Assembly (NCBI GenBank): GCA_964543385.1
Contig: CAZIYE010000002.1
Location: forward strand, 34 to 64,033
Reading direction: 5' to 3'
From: an uncultured Candidatus Saccharibacteria bacterium
Lineage (GTDB): Bacteria > Patescibacteriota > UBA1384 > XYA2-FULL-43-10 > 1-14-0-10-43-13
Length of the DNA: 64,000 bases
Positions within the stretch are counted from its first letter, which is position 1, and each line of letters begins with the position of its first letter. The position numbers and the translations under genes are program-made. The notes beneath the pieces are model-generated. The model did not search any database, had not been told where the DNA came from, and worked only from the letters and a program-made list of their open reading frames with translations. Below, in pieces: positions 44,193 through 54,336 of this stretch.

Positions 44193-45343
44193 AATTTCCA
44201 AAAGGTTTTTTATTTGGTTCTGCTACTGCTGCCCATCAAATTGAGGGCGGCAATTATGATAATGATTGGTATCAATGGGAGAAAATCCCAGGGAATATTA
44301 TCGATGGCTCGACTTCGGAAGTCGCTAATGATAGCTGGAACAATTGGCGTGAGGACATACGACTCCTAAAACAGACCAAGCAGAATGCTTATCGGTTCTC
44401 TATAGAGTGGGCTAGAATTGAGCCAAAAGAGGGGGTCTTTGATTATGAAGTAATAAAGCAGTACAAAGAGATATTACTTGAGCTTAAGAAAAATGGCATT
44501 AAATCAATGGTCACGCTTTTTCATTTTACTTTTCCTTTCTGGCTGGCAAAAAATGGAGGTATTGTGAACAAGAAGATAGGTTTCTATTTTGAACGTTATG
44601 CTATGGTTGTAGCCAAAGAGCTCGGCGAACTCATCGACCTATGGGCAATCCTGAATGAACCAAATGTTTATCTGCTCAAGGGCTATATCCATGGTGATTG
44701 GTGTCCGGGCCAAAAAAATTATTTCAAGATGATCAAAGGATGGTTTAATTTCATAGATTGCCAGAAAAGAGCATACAAAAAAATTAAAAAAATCGTCAAA
44801 AATGCAAGAATTGGTATTGCGATGAATATCGCTGTTTATAGGCCAGCGACCGAAAATTTTTTAGATAAAATTTTCACTTGGGCTACTCCAAAAATTACTC
44901 ATGAAATATTTTTATTTTTTATAAAAAATTATTGTGATTTTTTTGGTATTAATCACTATATGAAATTTATTGTTGGTTTTGGCAAGAGTGCAAAACAAGC
45001 AGGAGAGAATCAGTCCGATTTTGGTTGGGGAATAAATCCAGAAAGCCTTTACGAGGTTATTAAGGAAAATATCCATTGGGGTAAGCCAATTTATATAACA
45101 GAAAATGGTATTGCAGACGCAGATGATAAGTTGCGGCCGGAATTCATAAAAGATGCTTTAGGACAGATCAAAAAAGCCTTAGATGACAATATGCCAGTCA
45201 AAGGGTATTTCCATTGGAGTCTAATGGATAATTTTGAATGGGCTCATGGTTACAGTATGAAGTTTGGATTGTTCACAATAGATCGCAAACCAAAAAAAAG
45301 TGCAAATATTTATAAGTGTCTTATAGAGAAATACTCTAACTAA
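44189..45343 (+). CDS. glycoside hydrolase family 1-like beta-glucosidase (compact, 384 aa)
   Basis: FLFGSATAAHQIEG N-terminal signature, acid/base ILNEP, nucleophile IYITENG. Confidence 0.75.
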   Translation: MKFPKGFLFGSATAAHQIEGGNYDNDWYQWEKIPGNIIDGSTSEVANDSWNNWREDIRLLKQTKQNAYRFSIEWARIEPKEGVFDYEVIKQYKEILLELKKNGIKSMVTLFHFTFPFWLAKNGGIVNKKIGFYFERYAMVVAKELGELIDLWAILNEPNVYLLKGYIHGDWCPGQKNYFKMIKGWFNFIDCQKRAYKKIKKIVKNARIGIAMNIAVYRPATENFLDKIFTWATPKITHEIFLFFIKNYCDFFGINHYMKFIVGFGKSAKQAGENQSDFGWGINPESLYEVIKENIHWGKPIYITENGIADADDKLRPEFIKDALGQIKKALDDNMPVKGYFHWSLMDNFEWAHGYSMKFGLFTIDRKPKKSANIYKCLIEKYSN

Positions 45344-46359
45344 CTATTAGAAATATCATTTAATATTCGCCAACGACGTTCTTTCTCAATCCATGGGATA
45401 GGATCTCCTAGCTTAAAAGCAGCAGTACCTTCTCGTGGGGAATATTTATTATTGAAGGCTTGCGAAAATTTCACACTTGTTAATACATCAACAGTTTCTT
45501 GAAAATCATCCAGAGTTTCGTCTGGAAAGCCAACTATAGTATCAGTCGATAATTTTACATCAGGAATTTTATTTTGTATTTTTCTTATTAATTCCAAATA
45601 TATCTCTTTTGTGTACGGTCTATTCATCGCCTTTAATATCTTATTGCTACCAGATTGTATCGGCAGGTGAATAGATTTTGCAATTTTTGGTAGTGATGCA
45701 ATAGCATCAATTATATCGTCGCTCATATCCTTGGGATGATTCGAAGTAAAATAAACAACAAAGTCCCCTGGAATATTGTTGATTTCTTTTAGCAGTTTGG
45801 AAAAACCAAATTCATAAGAATTTACATTTTGGCCCAGAAGCCATATTTCTTTATGGCCGGCGTCAGCCACCTTTTTCACGTCTTCAATTATTTCTATGGC
45901 AGGACGTGATATTTCTCTACCGCGGGTATATGGCACTGCACAATAAGAGCAAAAATTATTGCAACCTTTCATAATAGGTATATAATTCGATCTCTTTTGT
46001 CCTTCTTTTAACAAGCTAGACAGAACTAGAGCTTGATCACCATCAAGGCTCAGGAAATCTTTCAAACTATCGATATCGCCATTGTCCCAGATCTTAGCTC
46101 CCTTGTTGGCAAATATTTTTTTATCTTTTTCGAGAATACAGCCAGATACAAAGACCTTTTTCCCTTCTTTGATAAAATTCTTAGTAATACTCATAGCTCG
46201 ATCAACCCCGGTTTTTCGGACAGAACAATTCAAGAGAAACACTATGTCGGCCTCTTCTTTATTTGTTTCTCGTAAACCCAAGTTTCTTAGGACAAAAGCC
46301 AGGCGGGCAGCATCCCACTCGTTATATTGGCAGCCAAATGATTTGATGAAAAAATTCAT
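45340..46359 (-). CDS. MiaB/RimO-family radical-SAM methylthiotransferase-like protein (no obvious TRAM domain)
   Basis: N-terminal MTTase domain FGCQYNEWD, radical-SAM CNNFCSYC; start taken at MNFFIKSFGCQ (ORF track shows an earlier Met at 46398). Confidence 0.7.
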   Translation of the reverse strand: MNFFIKSFGCQYNEWDAARLAFVLRNLGLRETNKEEADIVFLLNCSVRKTGVDRAMSITKNFIKEGKKVFVSGCILEKDKKIFANKGAKIWDNGDIDSLKDFLSLDGDQALVLSSLLKEGQKRSNYIPIMKGCNNFCSYCAVPYTRGREISRPAIEIIEDVKKVADAGHKEIWLLGQNVNSYEFGFSKLLKEINNIPGDFVVYFTSNHPKDMSDDIIDAIASLPKIAKSIHLPIQSGSNKILKAMNRPYTKEIYLELIRKIQNKIPDVKLSTDTIVGFPDETLDDFQETVDVLTSVKFSQAFNNKYSPREGTAAFKLGDPIPWIEKERRWRILNDISNS

Positions 46360-46467
46360 TGTGTGTATTTTAAAATAAATTGAATCAAGTGAAAACATAC
46401 CAGAAAAATGTGTGTTTTTCTATCGGTCTTTTGTAAACCTCTGATTATGGTCAGCATGTGCTAAAAC

Positions 46468-46492
46468 AAAAATGCCCTTACGGGCATTTTTG
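46468..46492. terminator. bidirectional intrinsic terminator hairpin AAAAATGCCCTTACGGGCATTTTT downstream of the L25 gene
   Basis: GC stem GCCC/GGGC flanked by A-run and T-run on both sides. Confidence 0.65.
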
Positions 46493-46519
46493 CAATATGT
46501 AACAGAATTGACGGTAAAA

Positions 46520-47197
46520 TTACTCGGTTTTTTTCTCTTCAGCCTTTTTCTCTTCAGCGCCTTCTTCAGCTGGAGCTTCACCCTTGTTTTCAACTTCGAT
46601 AGCCTCAACATCTTCCACGATCTCTTCGTTTAGAGCCTCCATTTCAGCTTCGCTTCGTGGCTCCTGAACAAATGCAATAATTTCTTCTAGATCACTCAAA
46701 ATTTCAATAGTTTCAGGGAGTTTAAGATCGGAAACTTTAATATTTTTTTCGAAATCATCCAATACAGATATATCGACTGTAATTTCGGACATAAGATCAC
46801 CCGGCAAACACTCAACCTCGATAGAATCAACAGGAGTGATTAGGGAACCTTCTAGATTTATAACAGCGTTTGAATCGCCAACAAATTCTAATGGGATTTC
46901 AGCATGAATCTTTTCTTTCATATTTACCTTTAAGAGGTCGATATGAATGATGTCTCCGGAGATTGGATCAATTTGAGTGTCGTGAACCAATACTTTGAAC
47001 TTTTTTTCACCAGCAGTAACATCTATAAGATTGGAAGTTCCAGCATCTTTAAAAATTTTTTCGAAATCTATTCTATCTACGGCGATTGCTATTGGCTCAA
47101 AATGTTTACCATAAACAACAGCAGGAATCTTGCCTTCTTGTCTAAGCTTATTGGCTTTTGCATTTTTTTCAGTGGTCTTGAGTTTAAACTCTGTCAT
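46520..47197 (-). CDS. rplY: 50S ribosomal protein L25/general stress protein Ctc with acidic C-terminal tail
   Basis: MTEFKLKTTEKNAKANKLRQEGKIPAVVYG ... typical L25/Ctc N-domain; E/K/A-rich tail. Confidence 0.85.
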   Translation of the reverse strand: MTEFKLKTTEKNAKANKLRQEGKIPAVVYGKHFEPIAIAVDRIDFEKIFKDAGTSNLIDVTAGEKKFKVLVHDTQIDPISGDIIHIDLLKVNMKEKIHAEIPLEFVGDSNAVINLEGSLITPVDSIEVECLPGDLMSEITVDISVLDDFEKNIKVSDLKLPETIEILSDLEEIIAFVQEPRSEAEMEALNEEIVEDVEAIEVENKGEAPAEEGAEEKKAEEKKTE

Positions 47198-47209
47198 TTT
47201 TACCTTAAA

Positions 47210-47530
47210 TTATTTATTGGTATTGTTATTTTTTGAATTTTCAAATAGATTTTCGAAACTTCCATTAAAATCTTTAAAAAACTTGTATGTTTCGATTACA
47301 TCGTTAGAGGTAATTTCAGTTCTCCTAGCCATAGAAGCAGGCGATTGCTTTGCTAGACTTACAGTAGCCAGTAGGGGCATGTGGCTCGAACAGTTGAGTT
47401 CTAGGAAAACCAATGAATCAACAACACCACGGATCTGAATCAAAGGAAAATCGTACGATTTGCCGCACTGAGGGCAACGTACATTTTTCTGAACAGTTAC
47501 AAGTAATTTGTATAGATCTTGATGATTCAT
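47210..47530 (-). CDS. hypothetical zinc-ribbon protein (CPQCGK)
   Basis: 106-aa ORF immediately downstream of uvrB on the same strand. Confidence 0.5.
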   Translation of the reverse strand: MNHQDLYKLLVTVQKNVRCPQCGKSYDFPLIQIRGVVDSLVFLELNCSSHMPLLATVSLAKQSPASMARRTEITSNDVIETYKFFKDFNGSFENLFENSKNNNTNK

Positions 47531-47590
47531 AATACCACGAAATTATAGCTCTTTAAGGGTCAAAAGTCAAGCTCAGAGCCGTTTAGCCTA

Positions 47591-49597
47591 TTAGATATTC
47601 TGCTCCATAATCGCAATTTGGTCTCTTAGTTCTGCTGCTCTCTCAAATTCCAACTTTAGGGCAGCCATTTCCATCATCTTTTTCATCTCCTTGATGATAT
47701 GATATTTTTCTTTCTTGGGTAATTTGTTAAACTCACCATCAATTTTTGACAGTCTCTGTTCTTCTTCAATTATTTCAGGCGAAACATCCTTTTGTATACT
47801 CAAGGGAGTGATATTATGTTTTTGATTAAATTCTTCTTGCATTTTTCGTCGCTTTGACGTCTCATCTATAGTTAGCTTCATGGATTTAGTAATATTATCG
47901 GCATACATTATCACCCTTCCTTCAACATGTCTCGCTGCTCTTCCGGCTGTTTGGGTTAGGGAAGTTGCACTTCTTAAGAACCCTTCTTTATCCGCGTCCA
48001 AAATAGCAATCAGTGATACTTCTGGAAGATCTAATCCCTCTCTAAGTAAATTTATTCCCACTAAAACGTCAAATTTACCCAATCGAAGTTTATGGAGTAT
48101 TTCTAACCGCTCGAGTGTTACGATATCTGAGTGGAGATAGGCAACTTTAATATCCTTTTCTAGTAGAAAATCTGTTAATTCTTCAGCCATTCGTTTAGTA
48201 AGGGTGGTAACAAGCACCCGCTGATTTTTCTTTGTAGTTAATGTGATTTCAGAAATAAGATCATTTATTTGGTTCTTAGTTTTTCTTACTTCTATCACTG
48301 GGTCAAGCAATCCGGTAGGACGAATAAACTGTTTAATAATCGCGTCATACTTTTTATGATTTTCCCCTACAATATTTTCTTCCGAACTTTTCAATAGTTC
48401 ATATTGTCCTGGGGTTGCAGAGACAAAAACTACCTGATTTATTTTCTTATAAAACTCTGGGTATCTAAGCGGTCTATTATCATAAGCCGAAGGAAGTCTG
48501 AAGCCATAATCAACCAATTTATTTTTTCTAGATCTGTCTCCCTCAAACATCGCTCCTATTTGTGAGACGGTAATATGTGATTCATCAATGAACATCAAGA
48601 AGTCCTTCGGAAAATAATCAATCAATGTAGTCGATGGTTCTCCCGGTTTTCTATCATCAAAATATCTTGAATAGTTCTCGATTCCAGAGCATGTCCCGGT
48701 TTGCTCAATCATTTCTATGTCAAAATTAGTTCTCTGCTCAATTCTTTCTGCTTCAAGCAATTTTCCTGATTTCTTAAACTCTGCTATTTGAATGTGTAAA
48801 TCGTTTCTAATCTCTACGACGGCACGTTTAAGTTTTTCTGGTGGTGTCATGAAGTGTGTTACTGGAAATACTTCAAATTCATTGAAATTTTTAAGACCGT
48901 TTCCTGTTATCCAATCCATTTCCTGAATTCTCTCAACGACATCTCCAAAAAAATCAATTTTATAAGAATTATTTGAGTAGGCTGGCATCAGTTCTAGAGT
49001 ATCACCTTTGAGTCTGTATGATCCTCTCTTGAGATCAATATCGTTGCGTTCGTATTGTAGGACGTTAAGTCTTCGTAGAAATTCATTCCTATCAATCTTT
49101 TCTCCTACTTTGAAGAAGAAATTTTCCCCGAGATAAAATTCAGGTGAACCTATACCATATATACAGGAAACAGAAGCGACGATGATCACATCTTTTCTAG
49201 TCAGCAATGCATGAGTAGCAGCATGGCGTAATCTTTCGATCTCATCATTTATCGATGAGTCTTTCTCTATGTACGTATCTGAATTGGGGATATAAGCTTC
49301 TGGCTGGTAGTAGTCATAGTACGAAACAAAGTAGTGTACTTCATTCTCTGGAAAGAATTCCCTGAATTCGTCGGCAAGCTGAGCGGCTAATGTTTTATTG
49401 TGGGCTATAACAAGTGTTGGTTTCTGCACATTCTGGATAATATTGGCCATTGTAAATGTTTTACCACTACCAGTTATACCCCAAAGTGTCTGATGTTTAA
49501 CACCTTTTTCAATATTCTTCGTTAAACTAGAAATAGCTTCCGGTTGATCACCGGCAGGCTGATATTTCGATTGAATTTTAAAATTATTTTGAATCAT
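47591..49597 (-). CDS. uvrB: excinuclease ABC subunit B
   Basis: GITGSGKTFTMANII Walker A, DESH box, beta-hairpin region, C-terminal UVR domain (RAAELRDQI). Confidence 0.9.
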   Translation of the reverse strand: MIQNNFKIQSKYQPAGDQPEAISSLTKNIEKGVKHQTLWGITGSGKTFTMANIIQNVQKPTLVIAHNKTLAAQLADEFREFFPENEVHYFVSYYDYYQPEAYIPNSDTYIEKDSSINDEIERLRHAATHALLTRKDVIIVASVSCIYGIGSPEFYLGENFFFKVGEKIDRNEFLRRLNVLQYERNDIDLKRGSYRLKGDTLELMPAYSNNSYKIDFFGDVVERIQEMDWITGNGLKNFNEFEVFPVTHFMTPPEKLKRAVVEIRNDLHIQIAEFKKSGKLLEAERIEQRTNFDIEMIEQTGTCSGIENYSRYFDDRKPGEPSTTLIDYFPKDFLMFIDESHITVSQIGAMFEGDRSRKNKLVDYGFRLPSAYDNRPLRYPEFYKKINQVVFVSATPGQYELLKSSEENIVGENHKKYDAIIKQFIRPTGLLDPVIEVRKTKNQINDLISEITLTTKKNQRVLVTTLTKRMAEELTDFLLEKDIKVAYLHSDIVTLERLEILHKLRLGKFDVLVGINLLREGLDLPEVSLIAILDADKEGFLRSATSLTQTAGRAARHVEGRVIMYADNITKSMKLTIDETSKRRKMQEEFNQKHNITPLSIQKDVSPEIIEEEQRLSKIDGEFNKLPKKEKYHIIKEMKKMMEMAALKLEFERAAELRDQIAIMEQNI

Positions 49598-49793
49598 TTA
49601 GTGTAGTTGATTGCAGCTACCGGTCTATTGACTTAATTCCTAAAAGTGGTACTATAGCTGCTATATCCAATAATAAACCATACCATTTTTAGAGACCAGA
49701 GTCTAGGGTAAATGTATTCTAACCCTGCTCTCTAAATCCCCATATTTTTATGATAGAGAGCAGTGTCTCAGAACCCCTAGGAGGTATCGAGTT

Positions 49794-50039
49794 ATGGCAA
49801 AGCGATCTAATCCCAGCACCAAAGGTGCCAAAAAGCCGGCAACGGAAGCGAAATTGCCTGGCTGGCTGCGCAATATTGCGCGTCGTGCCAAAGCCATGAT
49901 TGAGCGTGGCCAACAGGTCATTCTGCTCATCAAAGGCAAAATCCGCGTCGGTCTTGCTTGCAAGGCCAAGGAGGTAGCTGATACCATCCTTGAAATTAGC
50001 AAGCGGCATCAGACCAAAGCAATCCAGATCGCTGCATAA
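49794..50039 (+). CDS. 81-aa basic hypothetical protein encoded in a compositionally anomalous GC-rich islet
   Basis: Strong SD CTAGGAGGT 6 nt upstream; followed by a perfect 13-bp GC hairpin (50059-50087). Local GC clearly above 50% against the surrounding low-GC background. Confidence 0.5.
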   Translation: MAKRSNPSTKGAKKPATEAKLPGWLRNIARRAKAMIERGQQVILLIKGKIRVGLACKAKEVADTILEISKRHQTKAIQIAA

Positions 50040-50115
50040 GCAGCAACATCGCAACACACTCCGGCTCGTACTGGGTACGAGCCGGAGTACCCCCCCCAAG
50101 AAGAAGTCAATTGAA

Positions 50116-50781
50116 TTACTTTATTATATCTCTTTTATCATCTCGCCATTCGGCGATTTTTTTGTGATCTCCAGATAGCAGTACCTCTGGCACTTTCCAT
50201 CCGTTATAATCTATAGGTCTAGTATATTGAGGATATTCTTTTAGATAATTACCATTTTCGTCTTTTTTCATGAAAGTTTCCTCGACTTCTGAGCCCTCTG
50301 ATAGTACGCCAGGTATCATTCTTGAAACGGCATCTATTATACACATGGCTGGAATCTCTCCACCGGTTAAAACAAAATCGCCGATAGAAATCTCTTCATC
50401 AATAAGGTGCTCCCTGATTCTTTCATCAAATCCCTCATAATGGCCACAAACTAATATTATTCTTTTATATTTTGCTAGCTCAATCGCTTTTTCTTGATTA
50501 AATCTATTACCTTTTGGAGTAAGCAAAATAGTTCTTATTTTATCTGGCTCTTGGTCTTTTATATCCGTAATAGCTTTGTCCATCACGTCGATCTTCAAAA
50601 CCATACCTTTGCCACCACCACATGGCGTGTCATCAACAGTTTTGTGTTTGTCAGTCGCATAGTCTCGAAGATTGTGACAAGCGATATTAACTAGCTTCTT
50701 TTCGCTAGCACGTTTAATGATGCTCTCTGAGAGAGGTCCATTGAACATTTCTGGAAATAATGTGATGATGTCGAATTTCAT
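50116..50781 (-). CDS. trmD: tRNA (guanine37-N1)-methyltransferase
   Basis: MKFDIITLFPEMF ..., SPOUT knot region VCGHYEGFDER; 221 aa. Confidence 0.9.
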   Translation of the reverse strand: MKFDIITLFPEMFNGPLSESIIKRASEKKLVNIACHNLRDYATDKHKTVDDTPCGGGKGMVLKIDVMDKAITDIKDQEPDKIRTILLTPKGNRFNQEKAIELAKYKRIILVCGHYEGFDERIREHLIDEEISIGDFVLTGGEIPAMCIIDAVSRMIPGVLSEGSEVEETFMKKDENGNYLKEYPQYTRPIDYNGWKVPEVLLSGDHKKIAEWRDDKRDIIK

Positions 50782-50934
50782 TTGATTGTTAACTAATTTA
50801 AATAGGTTTATTGATTATAAATCTATCATATATTCTTGTAACTCTTAAAAAAAGAGCCGCCAAGCTTTAGTCAGTCTCGGCTAGGCCGATCCTAGACGGA
50901 AGCTTGTGGCGGTCTCTTTTATATAGTATCTATA

Positions 50935-51285
50935 TTATGCTAATACATCGTTTGGAACATCATCCATAACATTGCTTGTAGTATCTTCTTCTTTATCTTC
51001 TCTGACAACTCTTTCAGATCCTTCTGGCTCAACTATTTTCAAATTCAATCTGGCATTATTCTTTGCGCCGAAGACTCTAAGTAAAGTTCTAATCGCTTTG
51101 GCAGTCTTACCATCTTTACCAATAATTTTGCCCATGTCTTCTGGATTCACATAGAGTTTGATTAAAACGCCACGTTCATCGATTGTTCGCTCTGTTTTTA
51201 CATCAGCGGGATTGTCGACAATTGCTTTTACTACGTCTTCAACAAACTTTTCATCTGCTTCTGTCATAATTTCCTTTCTTAGCAT
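50935..51285 (-). CDS. khpA: KH-domain RNA-binding protein (KhpA/YlqC-like) with acidic C-terminal extension
   Basis: GKIIGKDGKTAKAIRTLL GxxG KH motif; conserved position between rpsP and trmD. Confidence 0.8.
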   Translation of the reverse strand: MLRKEIMTEADEKFVEDVVKAIVDNPADVKTERTIDERGVLIKLYVNPEDMGKIIGKDGKTAKAIRTLLRVFGAKNNARLNLKIVEPEGSERVVREDKEEDTTSNVMDDVPNDVLA

Positions 51286-51341
51286 CGATTGCAGTTTCGA
51301 TGCGGGTTTACTAATATATCAGGCTAATGATAGCTAATTTG

Positions 51342-51752
51342 TTATTTCTCTTCAACAGCTGGTTCTACAACCTCTTCGGCTTCAACAGGTGCTTTTGTTT
51401 GTGATTCTTCACTGATTGCTTCCTCTGTTATAGCAGGCTCTGCGGTATCTGCCTCTGCCTTTTCTTCTTTAACTGGGGCTTTTGCATATACTTTTTTGGC
51501 TTTCGCATCTTTTGCTAAAATACCAAGATCGCACATAAGATTGCGGACCGTGTCAGAGGGTTGTGCACCCATGCTAATCCAATACAAAGATCTTTCTTTG
51601 TTTATAACAAGACCTTTTGGATTAGAAGCAGGATTATAGTGCCCAAGAATTTCAATAGATTTTCTCTTTACTGCTCTTTTGTGATCAGCTACTACTACAC
51701 GATATGCAGGGCTGTTTTTCTTACCGACTCTGGTTAATCTGATTCTTAACAT
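51342..51752 (-). CDS. rpsP: 30S ribosomal protein S16 with C-terminal extension
   Basis: MLRIRLTRVGKKNSPAYRVVVADHKRAVKRKSIEILGHYNP typical S16. Confidence 0.9.
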   Translation of the reverse strand: MLRIRLTRVGKKNSPAYRVVVADHKRAVKRKSIEILGHYNPASNPKGLVINKERSLYWISMGAQPSDTVRNLMCDLGILAKDAKAKKVYAKAPVKEEKAEADTAEPAITEEAISEESQTKAPVEAEEVVEPAVEEK

Positions 51753-51796
51753 TATTCTCCTAAATTACAAAAATTCACTATTAAAATAACAAATTA

Positions 51797-53119
51797 TTAG
51801 CTAAATGTCAATTCTGTACGATAGCCCCTTTTAAAATCTTCGTAGGTCATTTCATTCTTGCCTTCAGGCTTGACTCGATCTAGCGCATAGGTCAAATCCT
51901 TCTCAAAATGACCGGCAATCAATTGCACTTTTTTGTCTTTTACAACTGCGAATGCCTTTGGCCAGTCGCTAAATGCTCTAATTTTTCTGTCTACTATCTC
52001 TTTGGGTGTATCTGCGTCGACAAATCCATCTTCTTTTTTGAAAAGTCGATTGTATGTTGCCTTGCTATCATCTTGGGGTGTTGGTTCTAGATCCTTGGTC
52101 AGATAATAAGGGATAGAATTAACCAGAAGCGAAGCACCAATTTCTGCTAAGTAAGGTTTTAAAATAGTTGTTGTCTCTGTGCCACGAAGCTGGACACTAG
52201 CCTGTGAAATGATGTCACCAGCATCCATTTTTTCGCCAGTCAATATTAGAGATACTCCGGTAACCTTATCACCGTCTAAAATTGTTTGTTGAATCGGTGA
52301 TGGTCCTCTGTGCTGAGGCAAAAGAGACGGATGGATATTTATTATGCCAAATTCTGGAATATCAATTATATCTTTACTAATGATCTGTCCAAAATCGGCC
52401 ATTATCCCAAGCTTCGGTTTCAGTGCTTTAATTTTTTCAACAATGTCAGGAGATTTAATATTGTCGGTTTTGATTATTGGTAGATTATATCTGTTTGCAA
52501 TCTCCTCAATTGGATTTTTCTTTTTATTATGTTTTCTGGAAACAGCCTGGGAATTGCCGGTTATGACTGCCCTGATCTTATATTGGGGATCAATAGCTAA
52601 AATTTCTAGAGCATCGATGCCGAGAGTTCCAGTACCTATAAATATAACGTCTATCTCTCGGATATGGTCAATTAGTAGAGTTGAATTTAAATGGTCAATT
52701 TCATGTTGAAGTACTCTCGAGAATAGGCCAGTTGCCTCGATAGTCAGATTATTTCCTAATCGATCTTTGCCAGTCACAGTAACGTCGCTAGGTCTCTTAA
52801 CAATTATCTCTAAGCCAGGAAAAGACAGACACCCCTCCACCATATTTCTAGATGATTTCGATCTTTTAGTTATTTTTGGGTTGCAAATAACTGTCAGGGG
52901 AAAGGATTTAAATCTTGAGTCCTCTTCGGCCTTGTATTCGCAAACTATTACTTTTTTTGAACTTTTGACTTGAGGAGCGGCAAGGCCAACGCCATTAGCA
53001 GCTCTCATGGTATCAATCATATCATCTATGAAGGCTTGAAATTCCATACCAAAATCGCTGACCTCTTCGGTCTTGGCTCTAAGAATTGGATTGCTAGTTT
53101 TTATTATTTCTAATTTCAT
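51797..53119 (-). CDS. fused peptide deformylase (N-terminal) and methionyl-tRNA formyltransferase (C-terminal), single 440-aa ORF
   Basis: Def motifs GVGLAAPQ, EGCLSFP, QHEIDHL in residues ~40-140; then Fmt N-domain with HPSLLPQHRGPSPIQ and the Fmt C-terminal beta-barrel region, no stop between. Confidence 0.85.
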   Translation of the reverse strand: MKLEIIKTSNPILRAKTEEVSDFGMEFQAFIDDMIDTMRAANGVGLAAPQVKSSKKVIVCEYKAEEDSRFKSFPLTVICNPKITKRSKSSRNMVEGCLSFPGLEIIVKRPSDVTVTGKDRLGNNLTIEATGLFSRVLQHEIDHLNSTLLIDHIREIDVIFIGTGTLGIDALEILAIDPQYKIRAVITGNSQAVSRKHNKKKNPIEEIANRYNLPIIKTDNIKSPDIVEKIKALKPKLGIMADFGQIISKDIIDIPEFGIINIHPSLLPQHRGPSPIQQTILDGDKVTGVSLILTGEKMDAGDIISQASVQLRGTETTTILKPYLAEIGASLLVNSIPYYLTKDLEPTPQDDSKATYNRLFKKEDGFVDADTPKEIVDRKIRAFSDWPKAFAVVKDKKVQLIAGHFEKDLTYALDRVKPEGKNEMTYEDFKRGYRTELTFS

Positions 53120-53153
53120 TTGGTAATAACATTAATGGTTATATAAAAAATAT

Positions 53154-54323
53154 CTATGATTTGCCATACCCATTTGGATGGGTTTCATGCCATTTCCATG
53201 CAGTGCTTGCCATATCATCAACAGAATATTGGGCTTCCCATTTTAAGATTTCGTTTGCCTTTTTTGAGCTAGCATACGAAGCAACCGGATCTCCCGACCT
53301 TCTTGTCGAAATAATATAATTTACTTTTCTATCGCTTGCTTTTTCTACAGCCCTAATAATTTCCATCACGGTAGATCCTTTACCTGTTCCAAGATTGAAA
53401 ATGTCTGATCGTTCTGATTTTAGTAGATATTGCAATGCTTTAACGTGGCCATTTGCTAAATCTACAACATGAATATAATCTCTGACACCGGTCCCATCCT
53501 TTGTAGGGTAATCATTGCCGAATATTTCAAGTTTGTCTCTTTTGCCCATAATCTGACACATGGTAACTGTCATTAGAGTGGTTGGGCTTGGTTTGTCTTC
53601 TCCTATAGTGCCATCAATTAACGCGCCACAAACATTAAAATATCTTAATACAATTCCTTTGAGTCCAAAGAGCTTGTCATATTTCTTCATAATTATTTCA
53701 TCGAGGAGCTTTGATAACCCATAAATTGACGCAGGTATTCTAAGCATAGACAGATCATCTTCTGTCAGCTTCAGTTCTGGTCTGTTGGAAATCAAATTAT
53801 TGTAAAGATCGATAAACTTTAAGAAAAAATCTTCCCCGGATGTTTCAACTCCATCGAATTTCCCCGGTAATAGGCATGATGCAGCTGGTTTAAATCTTGA
53901 AGTATATTTCTCTTTCAGGGGGAAATCTTCATCTTTGAGTGGATTGCCATAAGTAGAAGCTGTTGACGATTTGATAATAAATTTACAACCATTTTCAACC
54001 ATTACGTCTAGGAGGTTTATAAAGTTTTCAACGTTATTCTTGAAATATTTCTCAGGCTTTTCCATTGATTCACCAACAGCAAGATAGGCTGCAAAGTCAA
54101 TTATTGCGGTTGGTCTATGTTTTTTTAATATTGCATCCATTGCTTTTTTATCACCAACATTTGCAATTTCTAATTCTGCTAAGTCAGCAATAGCTTCTTT
54201 GTGCCCATTCTCAAGACTATCAACTACTACTACATCATAACCACAGGAAACTAGTTCCTTAACCGTGATACTTCCTATGTAGCCAGCACCGCCAGTGACT
54301 AAAATTGTCTGTTTGTTTTCCAT
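53154..54323 (-). CDS. galE: UDP-glucose 4-epimerase-like NAD-dependent epimerase/dehydratase (with an internal insertion)
   Basis: ILVTGGAGYIGS Rossmann motif, catalytic YxxxK region; start taken at MENKQTILVTGG. Confidence 0.75.
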   Translation of the reverse strand: MENKQTILVTGGAGYIGSITVKELVSCGYDVVVVDSLENGHKEAIADLAELEIANVGDKKAMDAILKKHRPTAIIDFAAYLAVGESMEKPEKYFKNNVENFINLLDVMVENGCKFIIKSSTASTYGNPLKDEDFPLKEKYTSRFKPAASCLLPGKFDGVETSGEDFFLKFIDLYNNLISNRPELKLTEDDLSMLRIPASIYGLSKLLDEIIMKKYDKLFGLKGIVLRYFNVCGALIDGTIGEDKPSPTTLMTVTMCQIMGKRDKLEIFGNDYPTKDGTGVRDYIHVVDLANGHVKALQYLLKSERSDIFNLGTGKGSTVMEIIRAVEKASDRKVNYIISTRRSGDPVASYASSKKANEILKWEAQYSVDDMASTAWKWHETHPNGYGKS

Positions 54324-54336
54324 AAAATCCCTAAAT

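Noticed and set aside
49719-50099. Minus-strand ORFs 49719-50099 and 49748-50002
   Set aside because: Open frames created by the local high GC content; the plus-strand 81-aa ORF has the SD and terminator, the minus ones have neither.
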